A stretch of DNA of 64,000 bases from Myxococcota bacterium (GCA_041687695.1 JAWLBL010000008.1:1-64000); one strand, 5' to 3'; positions 35,975-48,817 are shown, counted from the first letter of the stretch. Made by a program: numbers and translations. The notes: a model not told the origin generated them from the sequence alone.

Positions 35975-36982
35975 ATGCCTCGCCACCCCGCTCGTCGTCT
36001 CCTCGCGCTCGCCCTGGCCCTGCCCGCTCTCGGCCCGCTCACCGGCTGCCTCGAGGAGCTGCCCGAGCCCAGCAAGATCGACCGCCTGCGCGTCCTCGCC
36101 ATCCGCGCCGAGCCTCCCGAGGCCATGCCTGGCGAGGCCGTGCAGCTCTCGGCCCTGGTGGTCGACCCGGCCGGCCGCACCGTCACCACCCAGTGGTCGG
36201 CCTGCCTGCTGCCCGAGCGCGCCTTCGGCTTCTTCGGCGGCGGCTCGCAGACCAGCTCCAGCGGCGGCAAGGGCTACACCCTCGACGACGCCGGCTCGTG
36301 CGCCGAGGCGCTGGCCAAGGGCGCCGAGGGCGTCGACGATCTCGGCAGCGGCCTGTCGGTCCAGACCTCCATCCCCGACGACTTCATGAGCGACGAGGCC
36401 ATCCGAGCGGCCTATCGGCTGCCCGAGGACCTCGAGATCCCCGGCGAGGCCCTGCTCGGCATCCAGCTCGTCGCCGGCATCAACATGAGCGTGTCGCTGG
36501 TCGTGCAGGCCGGCGGCGACCGCCTCGAGGCCGACAAGCGCATCAACGTCTCCAGCCTGGGCGAGAACGAGAACCCCACCGACGTCGCCTTCCACATCGC
36601 GCCCGTGGGCGACGCCGGCGATCCGCCCACCACCGGCCCCGTCCCGGCTGACGGCCGCTGCTTCGCCGAGCCGGTCACCGTCGACGCGGGGCGCACCTAC
36701 CGCCTCCGCGCGCTGAACATCCCCGACCCGCAGGTCACCTACCCGGTGCTGCTGCTCGGCAACTTCGGCGACCCCATCGCCGAGGACACCGAGGTCTACT
36801 ACTACTCGTATTTCAGCACCCACGGCGTCTTCGATCGCAACACCATCAAGTCCAGCAGCGGCGAGACGCAGACCTGGACCATCCCCGACGACGCGCCCGC
36901 CACCATCCCGCTGTGGATCGTCACCCGCGACGGGCGGGGCGGCACCACCTGGTGCGAGGACGAGATCGCCGTCACGCGCTGA
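35975..36982 (+). CDS. Lipoprotein partner of the TonB-dependent receptor
   Basis: Lipobox LTGC, PSKIDRLRVLAIRAEPPE, C-terminal VTRDGRGGTTW. Confidence 0.75.
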   Translation: MPRHPARRLLALALALPALGPLTGCLEELPEPSKIDRLRVLAIRAEPPEAMPGEAVQLSALVVDPAGRTVTTQWSACLLPERAFGFFGGGSQTSSSGGKGYTLDDAGSCAEALAKGAEGVDDLGSGLSVQTSIPDDFMSDEAIRAAYRLPEDLEIPGEALLGIQLVAGINMSVSLVVQAGGDRLEADKRINVSSLGENENPTDVAFHIAPVGDAGDPPTTGPVPADGRCFAEPVTVDAGRTYRLRALNIPDPQVTYPVLLLGNFGDPIAEDTEVYYYSYFSTHGVFDRNTIKSSSGETQTWTIPDDAPATIPLWIVTRDGRGGTTWCEDEIAVTR

Positions 36983-37043
36983 GCGCGGGTGGCGTTGCTC
37001 GGACCGGGTCACGGTGGTATCCCCCCCGCGGGGAGAGACAACC

Positions 37044-38672
37044 ATGACCAACGCCACCTCGCGCATCTTCGCCGCCGCCGCGGCCGTGTTCCTCTTTGCT
37101 GCCTGCGAGCCGGGCGCCGGCTCGGGATCGGGCGGGCCCCTGTGCCAGCCGGGGGTCGCCGCGCCGTGCGCGTGCCCGGGCGGCGGCCAGGGTCAGGCGA
37201 CCTGCAGCGCGCAGGGCCTGCCCGGCGCCTGCGAGGGTTGCGCGGCCGCCGACGTCGGGGGCGACACCCTGGCCGACGTCGCCGGGCCGGCCGATGTCGA
37301 CGAGCCGGACACGATCGCGCCGCCCGACACCAAGGGCCCCGACGTCGTCGGGACCGACCTCGGCGCGCCGGACGAGGGGCCCGACGCGGTGGCCTGCGTG
37401 CCCGACTGCGCCGGGCGCGAGTGCGGCGACGACGGCTGCGGCGGCGTGTGCGGCAGCTGCCCGGCGGCGGCGCCGATCTGCGACGACGGCCTGTGCGCCG
37501 TCAGCTGCCAGCCCGCGTGCGCCGGCAAGCAGTGCGGGCCCGACGGCTGCGGCGGCACCTGCGGCGCGTGCACGGGCGAGGCCACCTGCGACGCCGCCGG
37601 GGTGTGCCAGCCGCCGGTGTGCTCGCCCCAGTGCGGCGGCAAGGAGTGCGGCGACGACGGGTGCGGCGGCGCGTGCGGCGCTTGCCCTGGCGGGTACGCC
37701 TGCGACGCGGCCTTCCAATGCGTGTCGACCTGCGCGCCCTCGTGCGTCGGCAAGCAGTGCGGCGACGACGGCTGCGGCGGCTCGTGCGGCGCGTGCTCGG
37801 GCGGTTCGTCCTGCGCGGCCGGCCAGTGCGTGACCGAAAACCCGCTGCCCGCGACCGTGAACCTCGAGATCCTGGGCGTGCTGGTCGGCCCGGCCAAGGC
37901 CTCGGGCGAGGCGTGGGACGGGGGCGGCTTCATCTCGCAGGCGACGCTGAACGCCGTCTTCGAGGCGATGATCGGCGACAGCCCGTACTCCGACGTCCTC
38001 TCGGTGATGACGTCGGCGGGCATCGCCGCCCTGGCCATGCCCGATCCGATGGGCGTGGCCGAGATCGACGTCGGCAACGGCTTCGAGACGCCCACCTCGC
38101 TCGCCGTCGCCGCCAACAACACCGAGAACACCTTCGCCCCCACCTGGCCGGCCCCGCCGCCGCCGGGCTGGATCCAGGCGCCGGTCAGCCCGCAGCTGCG
38201 CGTCCGGATCACCCTGGAGGACGAGGACGTCGTCTTCCACGACGCCATCGGGACCGCCGTCCTGACCTACGATCACATCCTGGCGACGTGGAACAAGGGC
38301 GGCGCCGCGCACATCGCGGTCGACGACCAGACCGACGGCCAGCTGCTGTTCGTCACGCTGGCGGTCAAGCCCGGCTGCACCCCGCAGTGCCAGGGCAAGG
38401 CCTGCGGCGACAACGGCTGCGGCGGCGAATGCAGCAAGTGCCCCAGCGGCACCGCCTGCAACGGCGTCCAGTGCGTCGCGGCTTCCTGCGGCGCCATCGG
38501 CTTCGAGGGCTGCTGCCAGTCGGGCGACCTGTACTGGTGCGAGGGCGGCCAGCTCATCGGCCTGGCCTGCCACAAGAACCCCTCGTGCGGCTGGTCGGCC
38601 CAGGGCTACTATGACTGCGGCACCGACGGCGCCTCCGATCCGTCGAACACCTTCCCCAAGTCCTGCCCCTGA
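37044..38672 (+). CDS. Cys-rich repeat lipoprotein
   Basis: Lipobox FAAC; five CxPxCxG(K/R)xCGxxGCGGxC repeats flanking a globular domain. Confidence 0.8.
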   Translation: MTNATSRIFAAAAAVFLFAACEPGAGSGSGGPLCQPGVAAPCACPGGGQGQATCSAQGLPGACEGCAAADVGGDTLADVAGPADVDEPDTIAPPDTKGPDVVGTDLGAPDEGPDAVACVPDCAGRECGDDGCGGVCGSCPAAAPICDDGLCAVSCQPACAGKQCGPDGCGGTCGACTGEATCDAAGVCQPPVCSPQCGGKECGDDGCGGACGACPGGYACDAAFQCVSTCAPSCVGKQCGDDGCGGSCGACSGGSSCAAGQCVTENPLPATVNLEILGVLVGPAKASGEAWDGGGFISQATLNAVFEAMIGDSPYSDVLSVMTSAGIAALAMPDPMGVAEIDVGNGFETPTSLAVAANNTENTFAPTWPAPPPPGWIQAPVSPQLRVRITLEDEDVVFHDAIGTAVLTYDHILATWNKGGAAHIAVDDQTDGQLLFVTLAVKPGCTPQCQGKACGDNGCGGECSKCPSGTACNGVQCVAASCGAIGFEGCCQSGDLYWCEGGQLIGLACHKNPSCGWSAQGYYDCGTDGASDPSNTFPKSCP

Positions 38673-38683
38673 GGCCGTCCGAC

Positions 38684-38953
38684 ATGACCGCACCGACTCC
38701 GCCGACTCCGCCGTCCCCCTCGGGTGACGCCGACGAGCCCCGCTTCGAGCGCCTGCTGACCGACCTCGAGGACGTGGTGGGCCGCCTCGAGCGCGGCGAG
38801 CTCCCCCTCGACGAGGCGCTGGCCGCCTTCGAGCGCGGCATGACCCTGGCCAAGCGCGCCGGCGCCCTGCTCGACGCCGCCGAGGCCCGCGTCGACCAGC
38901 TGCTCGAGGAGCGCGACGGCTCGACGCGCGAGGTCCCCTTCGGCGACCGCTGA
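38684..38953 (+). CDS. xseB: Exodeoxyribonuclease VII small subunit
   Basis: FERLLTDLEDVVGRLERGELPLDEALAAFERG...AEARV. Confidence 0.92.
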   Translation: MTAPTPPTPPSPSGDADEPRFERLLTDLEDVVGRLERGELPLDEALAAFERGMTLAKRAGALLDAAEARVDQLLEERDGSTREVPFGDR

Positions 38954-38957
38954 GCGG

Positions 38958-39737
38958 GTGCCGCGCCCCCCCGACAAGCCCGCCCGGCCGGCCAAGGAGC
39001 GCCTCGACGCGCTGCTGGTCGCCCGCGGCCTGGCCGAGACCCGCACGCGGGCGCAGGCCCTCATCCTGGCCGGCAAGGTCGTCGTCGACCAGCGGCGCCG
39101 CGACAAGCCCGGCGAGCGCTTCGCCGTCGACGCCGAGGTCACCGTCAAGGACGACGACGGCTGGGCCTCGCGCGGCGCCTACAAGCTGCTCGGCGCGCTC
39201 GAGGCGTGGCCGTGGCTGCGCGAGCGCGTCGCCGGCGCGTCCTGCCTGGACATCGGCGCCTCGACCGGCGGCTTCACCGACGTGCTGCTGCGCCATGGCG
39301 CCGAGCGGGTCGTCGCCCTGGACGTCGGCTACGGCCAGCTGCACTGGCGCCTACGGTCCGACCCGCGCGTCGTCGTCCTGGACCGCACCAACGTCCGCAC
39401 CCTCGCGCCCGGCGCGCTGCCCTTCGCGCCGACGCTGGCGACCTGCGACGCCTCGTTCATCAGCGTGCGCCGCTTCCTGGACGTGGTCTACCGCGAGCTC
39501 GCGCCCGGGGGCCTGTTCGTCGTGCTGGTCAAGCCGCAGTTCGAGGTCGGCCCCGAGCGGGTCGGCAAGGGCGGCGTCGTCCGCGACGAGCAGGCGCGCC
39601 AGGACGCGCTGGCGCAGGTGCGCGCCGACGCGGCGGCCCTCGGGTTCATCGACCGCGGCGCCGTCGAGTCGCCCCTGCCCGGCCCCGAGGGCAACCGCGA
39701 GTTCCTGCTGGCCCTCGAGAAGCCGGCCGTGCCGTGA
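38958..39737 (+). CDS. tlyA: TlyA family rRNA 2'-O-methyltransferase
   Basis: S4 domain RLDALLV, SRGAYKL, DIGASTGGFTD, DVGYGQL, KPQFE, GNREF. Confidence 0.93.
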   Translation: MPRPPDKPARPAKERLDALLVARGLAETRTRAQALILAGKVVVDQRRRDKPGERFAVDAEVTVKDDDGWASRGAYKLLGALEAWPWLRERVAGASCLDIGASTGGFTDVLLRHGAERVVALDVGYGQLHWRLRSDPRVVVLDRTNVRTLAPGALPFAPTLATCDASFISVRRFLDVVYRELAPGGLFVVLVKPQFEVGPERVGKGGVVRDEQARQDALAQVRADAAALGFIDRGAVESPLPGPEGNREFLLALEKPAVP

Positions 39738-39746
39738 CGGCGGCGC

Positions 39747-40253
39747 TCAGCGAGGCGGCGCCGCGCCCAGCCGCGCGGCCAGCGCCGTCGCGTAGCGGTC
39801 GATGAAGCGGTGCTGCGACAGGAACCGGACGCGCAGACGCTCGAAGGCCGGGCGCACGGCGACGTCCTCGATGATCTCGACCCGCGTCCCGTCGCCCGAG
39901 GGCGTCAGCGTGATGGTGCGGTGCACCAGCGCCGGAGCGTCCGGCTCTCCGACCCTCAGCACCAGGCGATGCGGCGCCGCGCACTCCTCGACCCGGTAGA
40001 CGATGCTGGTGCCGCCGTGGTGGTGCTCGCGCCACGACGTGCCCACCTCGACCGCCGCCGGCCCTGCGATGCCCTTGAGCTCGCGCCGCCAGCCGGGCTG
40101 CCCGTGCCAGTCGGTGACGACGTGCCAGACCACTTCGGGTGGCGGCGGCACCTCGAGCGCCCGCGACACCTGCGCCCGGTCGGGCAGCCGCCGCCCCCAC
40201 AGCCACAGCGCGCTGCCCGCGGCCGCGGCGCCGGCCACCAGCCAGCCGAACAT
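39747..40253 (-). CDS. SRPBCC family protein
   Basis: N-terminal TM, PPEVVWHVVTD...WR, GTRVEIIE. Confidence 0.7.
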   Translation of the reverse strand: MFGWLVAGAAAAGSALWLWGRRLPDRAQVSRALEVPPPPEVVWHVVTDWHGQPGWRRELKGIAGPAAVEVGTSWREHHHGGTSIVYRVEECAAPHRLVLRVGEPDAPALVHRTITLTPSGDGTRVEIIEDVAVRPAFERLRVRFLSQHRFIDRYATALAARLGAAPPR

Positions 40254-41023
40254 CAGCCCCCCGCGCCCGGCTCGGCCATCAGGATCTTCTCGGGGTCGCG
40301 CGGGTCCTCGAACCAGCGGCCGGGCTGCTTGGGCGGGGCGAGATCGAGGTGGTAGTGGTTGGCGTGGCCCGCGTCGTACTCGGGGTCGAGCACGTTGGTG
40401 AAGACCCGCTCGGCGCGTAGCCGCTCGGCCAGCCGCCTCAGGAACTCGCGGCGCTTGGCGTGCCAGGGCCTGGTGCTGTGCCAGTGCTTCTTCAGGTCCA
40501 CGATGCCGTAGCCCTTGATGACGAAGCTCGCGACGTCGATGGCGTTGCCGAAGCTGTGCTGGCTCTGCGCCTCGGGCCGCAGCCGCAGCCGGCGGCAGTT
40601 GTTCGTGCCGTACTGGACGATGTACTTGATGGTCTTGCCCTCGCCGAAGACCCGCTCGCTCTCCTCCTGCGCGATGGCCTCGAACTTCGCCATCGCCAGC
40701 GCCATGGCGCAGCTCATCTTCGGATACCCCGAGTAGCGGATGTCGCCGGGGCCGCGCTGGTACAGCAGCGCCTGCGGCGTGTAGCAGGCCATGTCCGGGT
40801 ACTGCACCCCGCGCCAGCGGTAGCCCTTGAGCACTCGTGGCCGGCTCTGGGGCAAGAAGCGGTACTTCGTGACCCCCGCCTCCTCGAGCCTGGCCTTGCA
40901 GTCCTCGACGAACAGCGCCTCCCAGGGCGCCGCGTCGAAGCCGCGGGGCAGGGGAGGCGGGGGCGCCGGCTCGGTGGGCGGCGCGGAGAGCAGCATCAGG
41001 GCGATGAGCGTCAGCGGGGGCAT
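40253..41023 (-). CDS. Extensin-like C-terminal domain protein (secreted)
   Basis: SCAMALA, GTNNCR, SQHSFGNAIDV, DPEYDAGHANHYHLD. Confidence 0.8.
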   Translation of the reverse strand: MPPLTLIALMLLSAPPTEPAPPPPLPRGFDAAPWEALFVEDCKARLEEAGVTKYRFLPQSRPRVLKGYRWRGVQYPDMACYTPQALLYQRGPGDIRYSGYPKMSCAMALAMAKFEAIAQEESERVFGEGKTIKYIVQYGTNNCRRLRLRPEAQSQHSFGNAIDVASFVIKGYGIVDLKKHWHSTRPWHAKRREFLRRLAERLRAERVFTNVLDPEYDAGHANHYHLDLAPPKQPGRWFEDPRDPEKILMAEPGAGG

Positions 41024-41226
41024 CCGGCGTCCTCGTCACGCGACCCGGGGTCCCATCCCTCGGGTCGCCGGGAACGCTGGCACACCGGCCCCGCCGTGTC
41101 CAAATGCTTGGCGCCGCTGCGTCGGCGACGTCGCTCCGCGCGCGATGGGCGCCAAGGCGGGATCACCGCGTCTTTCCGGCCCGCGCAGCCCCGCTCGGCG
41201 CCTCGACCCGCCGCCGCGCCCGCCGC

Positions 41227-41820
41227 TCAGCTGCGCAGCATGAACCAGGCCACGCCGGCCGCCACCACGATCGCCACGGCGACCAGCACGGCCGCGCCCG
41301 ACCCACCCTCGGCCTCGTCGCCCCGGCTCACGCGCGCGTGCATCCTCACGTCCGGCCGCGCCGGGGAGGACGGCGGCGCCCCGTACCCGCCCTGCGGCAT
41401 CGGCAGCTTGCGCGAGGCCTGCAGGCGCTGGATCTCCTCGGGCGTCAGGGCCAGCGTCGGGTCCACCTGCCGCGTCACCTTCACCGGGCCCGAGCCGTCG
41501 CCGTCCTCGCTCAGCTCATCCAGGCTCGGCCCGGCGCTCGCGTCGAAGCGGATGACGAACTTGCCGATGCCGATCTCGTCACCGTCGTTCAGGCGCTGCG
41601 CCTGCGTCGACAGCCCGTTGACGAACACGCCGTTGCTGCTGCCGGCGTCGACCACCGTGAAGCCGCCGCCCTCGAACCGCACCATCGCGTGCTGGCGCGA
41701 GATGCCGCGGTTGTCGATGACGATGTCGTTGCCGTCGTCGCGGCCGATGACCATCAGCGTCTTGCGGATGGGCACCCGCTGCAGCTCGCGACCCTTGAGT
41801 GTGACGATCAGCTCGGGCAT
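41227..41820 (-). CDS. FHA domain protein with C-terminal TM
   Basis: IGR...ISRQHA...SSNGVFVNG...LNDGDEIGIGKF. Confidence 0.9.
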   Translation of the reverse strand: MPELIVTLKGRELQRVPIRKTLMVIGRDDGNDIVIDNRGISRQHAMVRFEGGGFTVVDAGSSNGVFVNGLSTQAQRLNDGDEIGIGKFVIRFDASAGPSLDELSEDGDGSGPVKVTRQVDPTLALTPEEIQRLQASRKLPMPQGGYGAPPSSPARPDVRMHARVSRGDEAEGGSGAAVLVAVAIVVAAGVAWFMLRS

Positions 41821-41913
41821 GTCCGTTCCCCCCGGGACCCGCGGATTATGGATTTGCCCGCTTCGCACGGTCAAGCGCGCCGCCCGCCGCCGACCGTGAT
41901 ACAACGCGGCGCC

Positions 41914-42915
41914 ATGCACACCGGTCCCCTGCACGTCGCCGTCACCCGCCGCGTCCCCGAGCCCGGCCTCGCCCTGCTCCGCGAGGCCGGCTTCGAGGTC
42001 CGGGTCAACCCCCACGACCGGGTCCTCGGCCCGGACGAGCTGCGCGCCTTCGTCGCCGGGGCCGCCGGCCTGCTGACCACCCTGGCCGACCGAGTCGACG
42101 CGGCCGTGCTCGAGGCCTCGGGCGCACGGGTCGTAGCCAACTACGCGGTCGGCTTCAACAACGTCGACGTCGCCGAGGCCACCCGCCGCGGGGTCGCCGT
42201 GACCAACACGCCCGACGTCCTGACCGAGGCCAGCGCCGACCTGACCTGGGCGCTGCTGCTGGCCGTCGCGCGCCGCGTGGTCGAGGGCGACGCCATGATG
42301 CGGGCCGGCGCCTTCCACGGCTGGGCGCCGCTGCTGCTGCTCGGCGCCGACGTCCACGGCAAGACCCTGGGCATCGTCGGCGCAGGACGCATCGGCCGCG
42401 CCGTCGCCCGCCGCGCGGTCGGCTTCGGCATGCGCATCCTGTACGCCGGCCGCCGCGACCAGCCCGACCTCGAGGCCCAGACCGGCGCCCGGCGCGTGCC
42501 GCTCGACGCGTTGGTCCGCGAAGCCGATTTCCTGACGCTCCACTGCCCGCTGACCCCCGAGACGCGCGGCCTGCTCTCGCGCGACCTCGTCGCGTCGATG
42601 AAGCCGGGCGCCTTCGTCGTCAACACCGCCCGCGGCGAGGTCGTCGACGAGGACGCCCTGCTCGACGCCCTGGCCGCCGGCCGCCTGGGCGGCGTCGCCC
42701 TGGACGTCTACCGCGGCGAGCCCGACGCCATCGACCCGCGCTGGGCCCGGGTCGACCCCTCGCGCGTGGTCCTGGCCCCCCACATCGGCTCGGCCACCCA
42801 CGAGACCCGCGCCGCCATGGCCGTCCTGGCCGCGACCGATCTCCGCCTGGCCCTGACCGGTCAGCGCCCGCGCCACCTCGTCAACCCAGACGCCTGGCCC
42901 AGCGAGACCCCATGA
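41914..42915 (+). CDS. D-2-hydroxyacid dehydrogenase (glyoxylate reductase/D-glycerate dehydrogenase)
   Basis: AVGFNNVD, NTPDVLTEA, GAGRIG, NTARG, APHIGSAT. Confidence 0.9.
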   Translation: MHTGPLHVAVTRRVPEPGLALLREAGFEVRVNPHDRVLGPDELRAFVAGAAGLLTTLADRVDAAVLEASGARVVANYAVGFNNVDVAEATRRGVAVTNTPDVLTEASADLTWALLLAVARRVVEGDAMMRAGAFHGWAPLLLLGADVHGKTLGIVGAGRIGRAVARRAVGFGMRILYAGRRDQPDLEAQTGARRVPLDALVREADFLTLHCPLTPETRGLLSRDLVASMKPGAFVVNTARGEVVDEDALLDALAAGRLGGVALDVYRGEPDAIDPRWARVDPSRVVLAPHIGSATHETRAAMAVLAATDLRLALTGQRPRHLVNPDAWPSETP

Positions 42916-43856
42916 CCCGCATCGGCGTCATCGTCAACACCACCGCCAAGTACCACCGCCGCCACCCGCGCGCCGTCGACGCCATGCGCCGCGCCGTGGG
43001 CGAGCACGGCCTGCTCGCCGAGACGCGCACCCTCGACGAGCTCGAGGCCGCGGCCGCCGACTTTCAGCGCCAGGGCGTCGACCTCCTGGCCGTGGGCGGC
43101 GGCGACGGCACGACCTCGCTGACCCTGACCACCTTCGCCGGGGTCTACGGCGTCGGCGCGCTGCCGCCGGTCGCCATGCTGCGCGGCGGCACCATGAACA
43201 CCATCGCCAACTCGGTCGGCGTCCGCCGAGCCAGCCCGCTGCGCCTGCTGTCGGACCTGGTCCAGGGCGCGGCCGCCGGCCGGCCGCTGCGCACGACCGA
43301 GCGCCTCGCCATCGACGTGAACGGCCGCCTGGCCTTCCTGACCGGCACCGGCGCCGTGTACGGCTTCCTCCACGAGTACTACTCGGCCGGCAACCCCTTC
43401 CCGACGCCCTGGACGGCGGTCAAGACGCTGGCGCGCGGCGTCGGCAGCGCCATCGTCATGGGCGAGACCGTCCGCCGCATGGCCGCGCCCATCGAGGCCA
43501 CGGTCACGGTCGACGGCGGCGAGCCGTGGCCGCTGCGCAAGTACATCAGCGTCGCCGCGGGCACGGTCGACCAGATCGGCCTGGGCTTCCGCCCGTTCTA
43601 CCGCGCGACCGAGGATCTGCAGCGCTTCCACCTGCTGGGCATCCACACGTCGCCGGCGGGCCTGGTCGCGCGCTTGCCCCGCGTCTGGCGCGCCAAGCCC
43701 ATCGGTGGCGAGCGCCACGTCCACGAGGCGCTCGCCACCGAGGCTGTCATCGAGACCGCCTCAGGGCGCGTCAACTACATGGTCGACGGCGACGTCACGC
43801 ACACCGAGGGCCCGCTCGTCCTGCGCGCGGGCCCTCGGGTGCGCTTCGTAGTCTGA
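42912..43856 (+). CDS. Diacylglycerol/lipid kinase family protein
   Basis: GGDGT, GGTMNTIA, VDGD. Confidence 0.85.
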   Translation: MTRIGVIVNTTAKYHRRHPRAVDAMRRAVGEHGLLAETRTLDELEAAAADFQRQGVDLLAVGGGDGTTSLTLTTFAGVYGVGALPPVAMLRGGTMNTIANSVGVRRASPLRLLSDLVQGAAAGRPLRTTERLAIDVNGRLAFLTGTGAVYGFLHEYYSAGNPFPTPWTAVKTLARGVGSAIVMGETVRRMAAPIEATVTVDGGEPWPLRKYISVAAGTVDQIGLGFRPFYRATEDLQRFHLLGIHTSPAGLVARLPRVWRAKPIGGERHVHEALATEAVIETASGRVNYMVDGDVTHTEGPLVLRAGPRVRFVV

Positions 43857-43874
43857 CTCCGTCGGCCGCGCCGC

Positions 43875-46557
<2,683 letters not shown>

Positions 46558-46565
<8 letters not shown>

Positions 46566-47484
46566 TCGGGGACTCCTCGGTCAGTCTCGCGATCTCCTTG
46601 CGGATGATCTCCTCCGCAAGCTCGGGAACCACCTTCCACGCGATGTCTTCCGCCTTCGGCCCGACCGCCTCGGCCACCGCCGCGCGCATCGCCGCCTCGG
46701 CCTTCGGCCCCATCCCGTAGGCCGCGTGCTCGACCACGTCGGGCATCGCCCGCGCGATGGCCGCGTCGATGGACAGCTGCATCTGCGGCTCGGCCAGCCG
46801 CGCCAGGTGCTCGGTCAGGCGCTCCTCGATGAGCGCCCCGACCAGCGCCGGCAGCCGCGCCTCGACCGCCCGCGTCACCGCCGCCTCGACCGCCGCCCCG
46901 AGCAGCCCCGGCAGGCGCCGCTCCACCTCGGCCGCGACCATGCCCTCGACCTCGGCCGGCGCGACCGTCGCCGCTGCCGCGCTCGCGGGCGCCGCCTCCG
47001 CCGCCGCGTCACCCCACCCGGGCCCCTCGAGGTCGGCCTCGGGCAGCGGCTCGGGCGCCTGCTCGAGCAGGGCCCGCACCCGCTCGAGCAGGGCGTGCCG
47101 CTCGAAGGGCTTGGTCAGCACGTCCGTGACCCCGGCCTCGCTGATGCGCGCCAGATCGGGGCTCTCGTAGTCGGCCAGCGTCAGCAGCACCGGCGTGTCG
47201 CGCAGCAGCGGGTCGCGCCGCAGCGCCGCCGTCAGATCGTAGCCGTCCAGCCCCGGCAGCCTCGCGTCCACGATGACCAGCCGCGGCCGGCGGGCGCGCG
47301 CGGTCGACAGCGCGTCACGACCGTTGGCGACGAACTCCAGCGCGACGTCGTCGGCTGCCAGCGTCAGCCGAATCAGCGTCGTCAGCGTGCGGCTCGGCTC
47401 GGCGACGAGGATGCGCGACACGGCGCGCGTCCCGGTGGCCTGCGTCCCGACGCCGCCCTGGCCATCGCGACCGCTCGGGCTCAC
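46558..47484 (-). CDS. romR: RomR-like response regulator
   Basis: N-terminal receiver, Ala/Pro linker, C-terminal EDIAWKVVPELAEEIIRKEIARL; overlaps valS; start may be GTG at 47484 or 47421. Confidence 0.7.
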
Positions 47485-47822
47485 GCTCCGCCGCTCTCCT
47501 CGCCCCAGGGGCGCACCTCGGAGGGGTCGGGCAGGAAGAAGGCCGCGACCTCCATCAGGATGACCCGCAGCTTGTCCGCCTCTCCGGCCGCCAGCACCTC
47601 GAGCGGCGTCTGGCCGTCCAGGTTGGGGATGGGGTTGGCCAGCCAGACCTCGGGCTCCTGGAAGATCAGCAGCGCCGTGCGCCACAGATCCTCGGGCACC
47701 TCGGGATCGCCCTCGGGCGCGCCCTGCCGGCCGCTCGTCCGCAGCTCGGGCGGCACGCTGGGCCAGTAGATCTCCATGAGCGACGCGTAGAACGCGTCCC
47801 ACTGCGCGATGGTGGCTTGCAT
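47481..47822 (-). CDS. Xre/MbcA/ParS antitoxin C-terminal (DUF2384-like) domain protein
   Basis: IF...WLANPIPNLDGQTPLEVL motif. Confidence 0.65.
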   Translation of the reverse strand: MQATIAQWDAFYASLMEIYWPSVPPELRTSGRQGAPEGDPEVPEDLWRTALLIFQEPEVWLANPIPNLDGQTPLEVLAAGEADKLRVILMEVAAFFLPDPSEVRPWGEESGGA

Positions 47823-47930
47823 GCGCGCCTCTATACCACGCCGCTTCCGCGGCTGGGTATCTCGATTCGCGCCAGCCCCTCAGGGCCCCTCCGCCCGGCC
47901 CGACCCACGGCCACCCCTCCGACCGACCCC

Positions 47931-48238
47931 CTCGGCCTCGGCCTCGGCCCCGGCTCCCGGCTCCCGGCCTCGGCTCCCGGCCCCGGCCTCGGCTCCCGGC
48001 CCCGGCCTCGGCTCCCGGCCCCGGCCTCGGCTCCCGGCCTCGGCCCCGGCCTCGGCCCCGGCTCCCGGCTCCCGGCTCCCGGCCCCGGCCCCGGCCTCGG
48101 CCCCGGCTCCCGGCTCCCGGCTCCCGGCCCCGGCCCCGGCTCCCGGCTCCCGGCTCCCGGCCCCGGCCTCGGCCCCGGCCCCGGCCTCGGCCTCGGCCCC
48201 GGCCCCCGACCCCGGCCTCGGCCCCCGACCCCGGCCCC
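47931..48238. repeat. Degenerate hexamer tract (GGCCCC/GGCCTC/GGCTCC)n, ~50 units
   Basis: Directly visible simple repeat downstream of the rnpB terminator. Confidence 0.95.
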
Positions 48239-48242
48239 AACG

Positions 48243-48275
48243 AAAAAAGCCCCCGACCCGCGAGGGTCGGAGGCT
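48243..48275 (-). terminator. Rho-independent terminator of rnpB
   Basis: Minus strand AGCCTCCGACCC-TCGC-GGGTCGGGGGCT stem-loop followed by a T run. Confidence 0.85.
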
Positions 48276-48288
48276 TCGGACGCAGCAT

Positions 48289-48709
48289 GAGCAGCCTGTA
48301 AGCCGAGTTCTGTCCCGACGGTCGGTCGCCCTCCCGCCGGCGATGGCCATTCATCTAGGCGACGGATTGCTCCGCCGCTCGAGCGATACTACCCGGGGGA
48401 CGCGGACGGGCCGTCCGTGGCTTCCGCTCTCGCGGCCGCCAGCCCCACGATTGATCTTGCTCCAGGTGGGGTTTACCGACCCCCCAGGTCACCCTGGGCG
48501 GTCCGTGAGCTCTTACCTCACGCTTTCACCCTGACCTCCTGGGAGGCTCCTGTCGCCAGGATCCTCCGGGAGGCGGACTGCTCTCTGTGGCACTTTCCCT
48601 GGGGTCGCCCCCGCTGGCCGTTAGCCAGCACCATTGCCCTGTGGAGCTCGGACTTTCCTCCCGCCGCGGCGCCGTGAGACGCCCCGACCGGCGGCCATCC
48701 GGTCTACTC
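48289..48709 (-). ncRNA. rnpB: RNase P RNA (type A)
   Basis: Minus strand GAGGAAAGTCCGAGCTC, GGGAAAGTGCCACAGA, GGTAAACCCCACCTGGAGCAAG, ACAGAACTCGGCTTA; paired ends. Confidence 0.97.
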
Positions 48710-48725
48710 ATGCTGCGAGCCCGAC

Positions 48726-48754
48726 TTGATACGCACCCGGGAGGGCGCGGTCAA
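48726..48754 (-). promoter_or_regulatory. Sigma70-like promoter of rnpB
   Basis: TTGACC-N17-TATCAA just upstream of the RNA 5' end. Confidence 0.55.
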
Positions 48755-48817
48755 TCGAAAGCCACGCGGACGCGCGGGCCGGCCGGGCAGGGGGCCGCCC
48801 GGTCGACCGCCCGCGGC

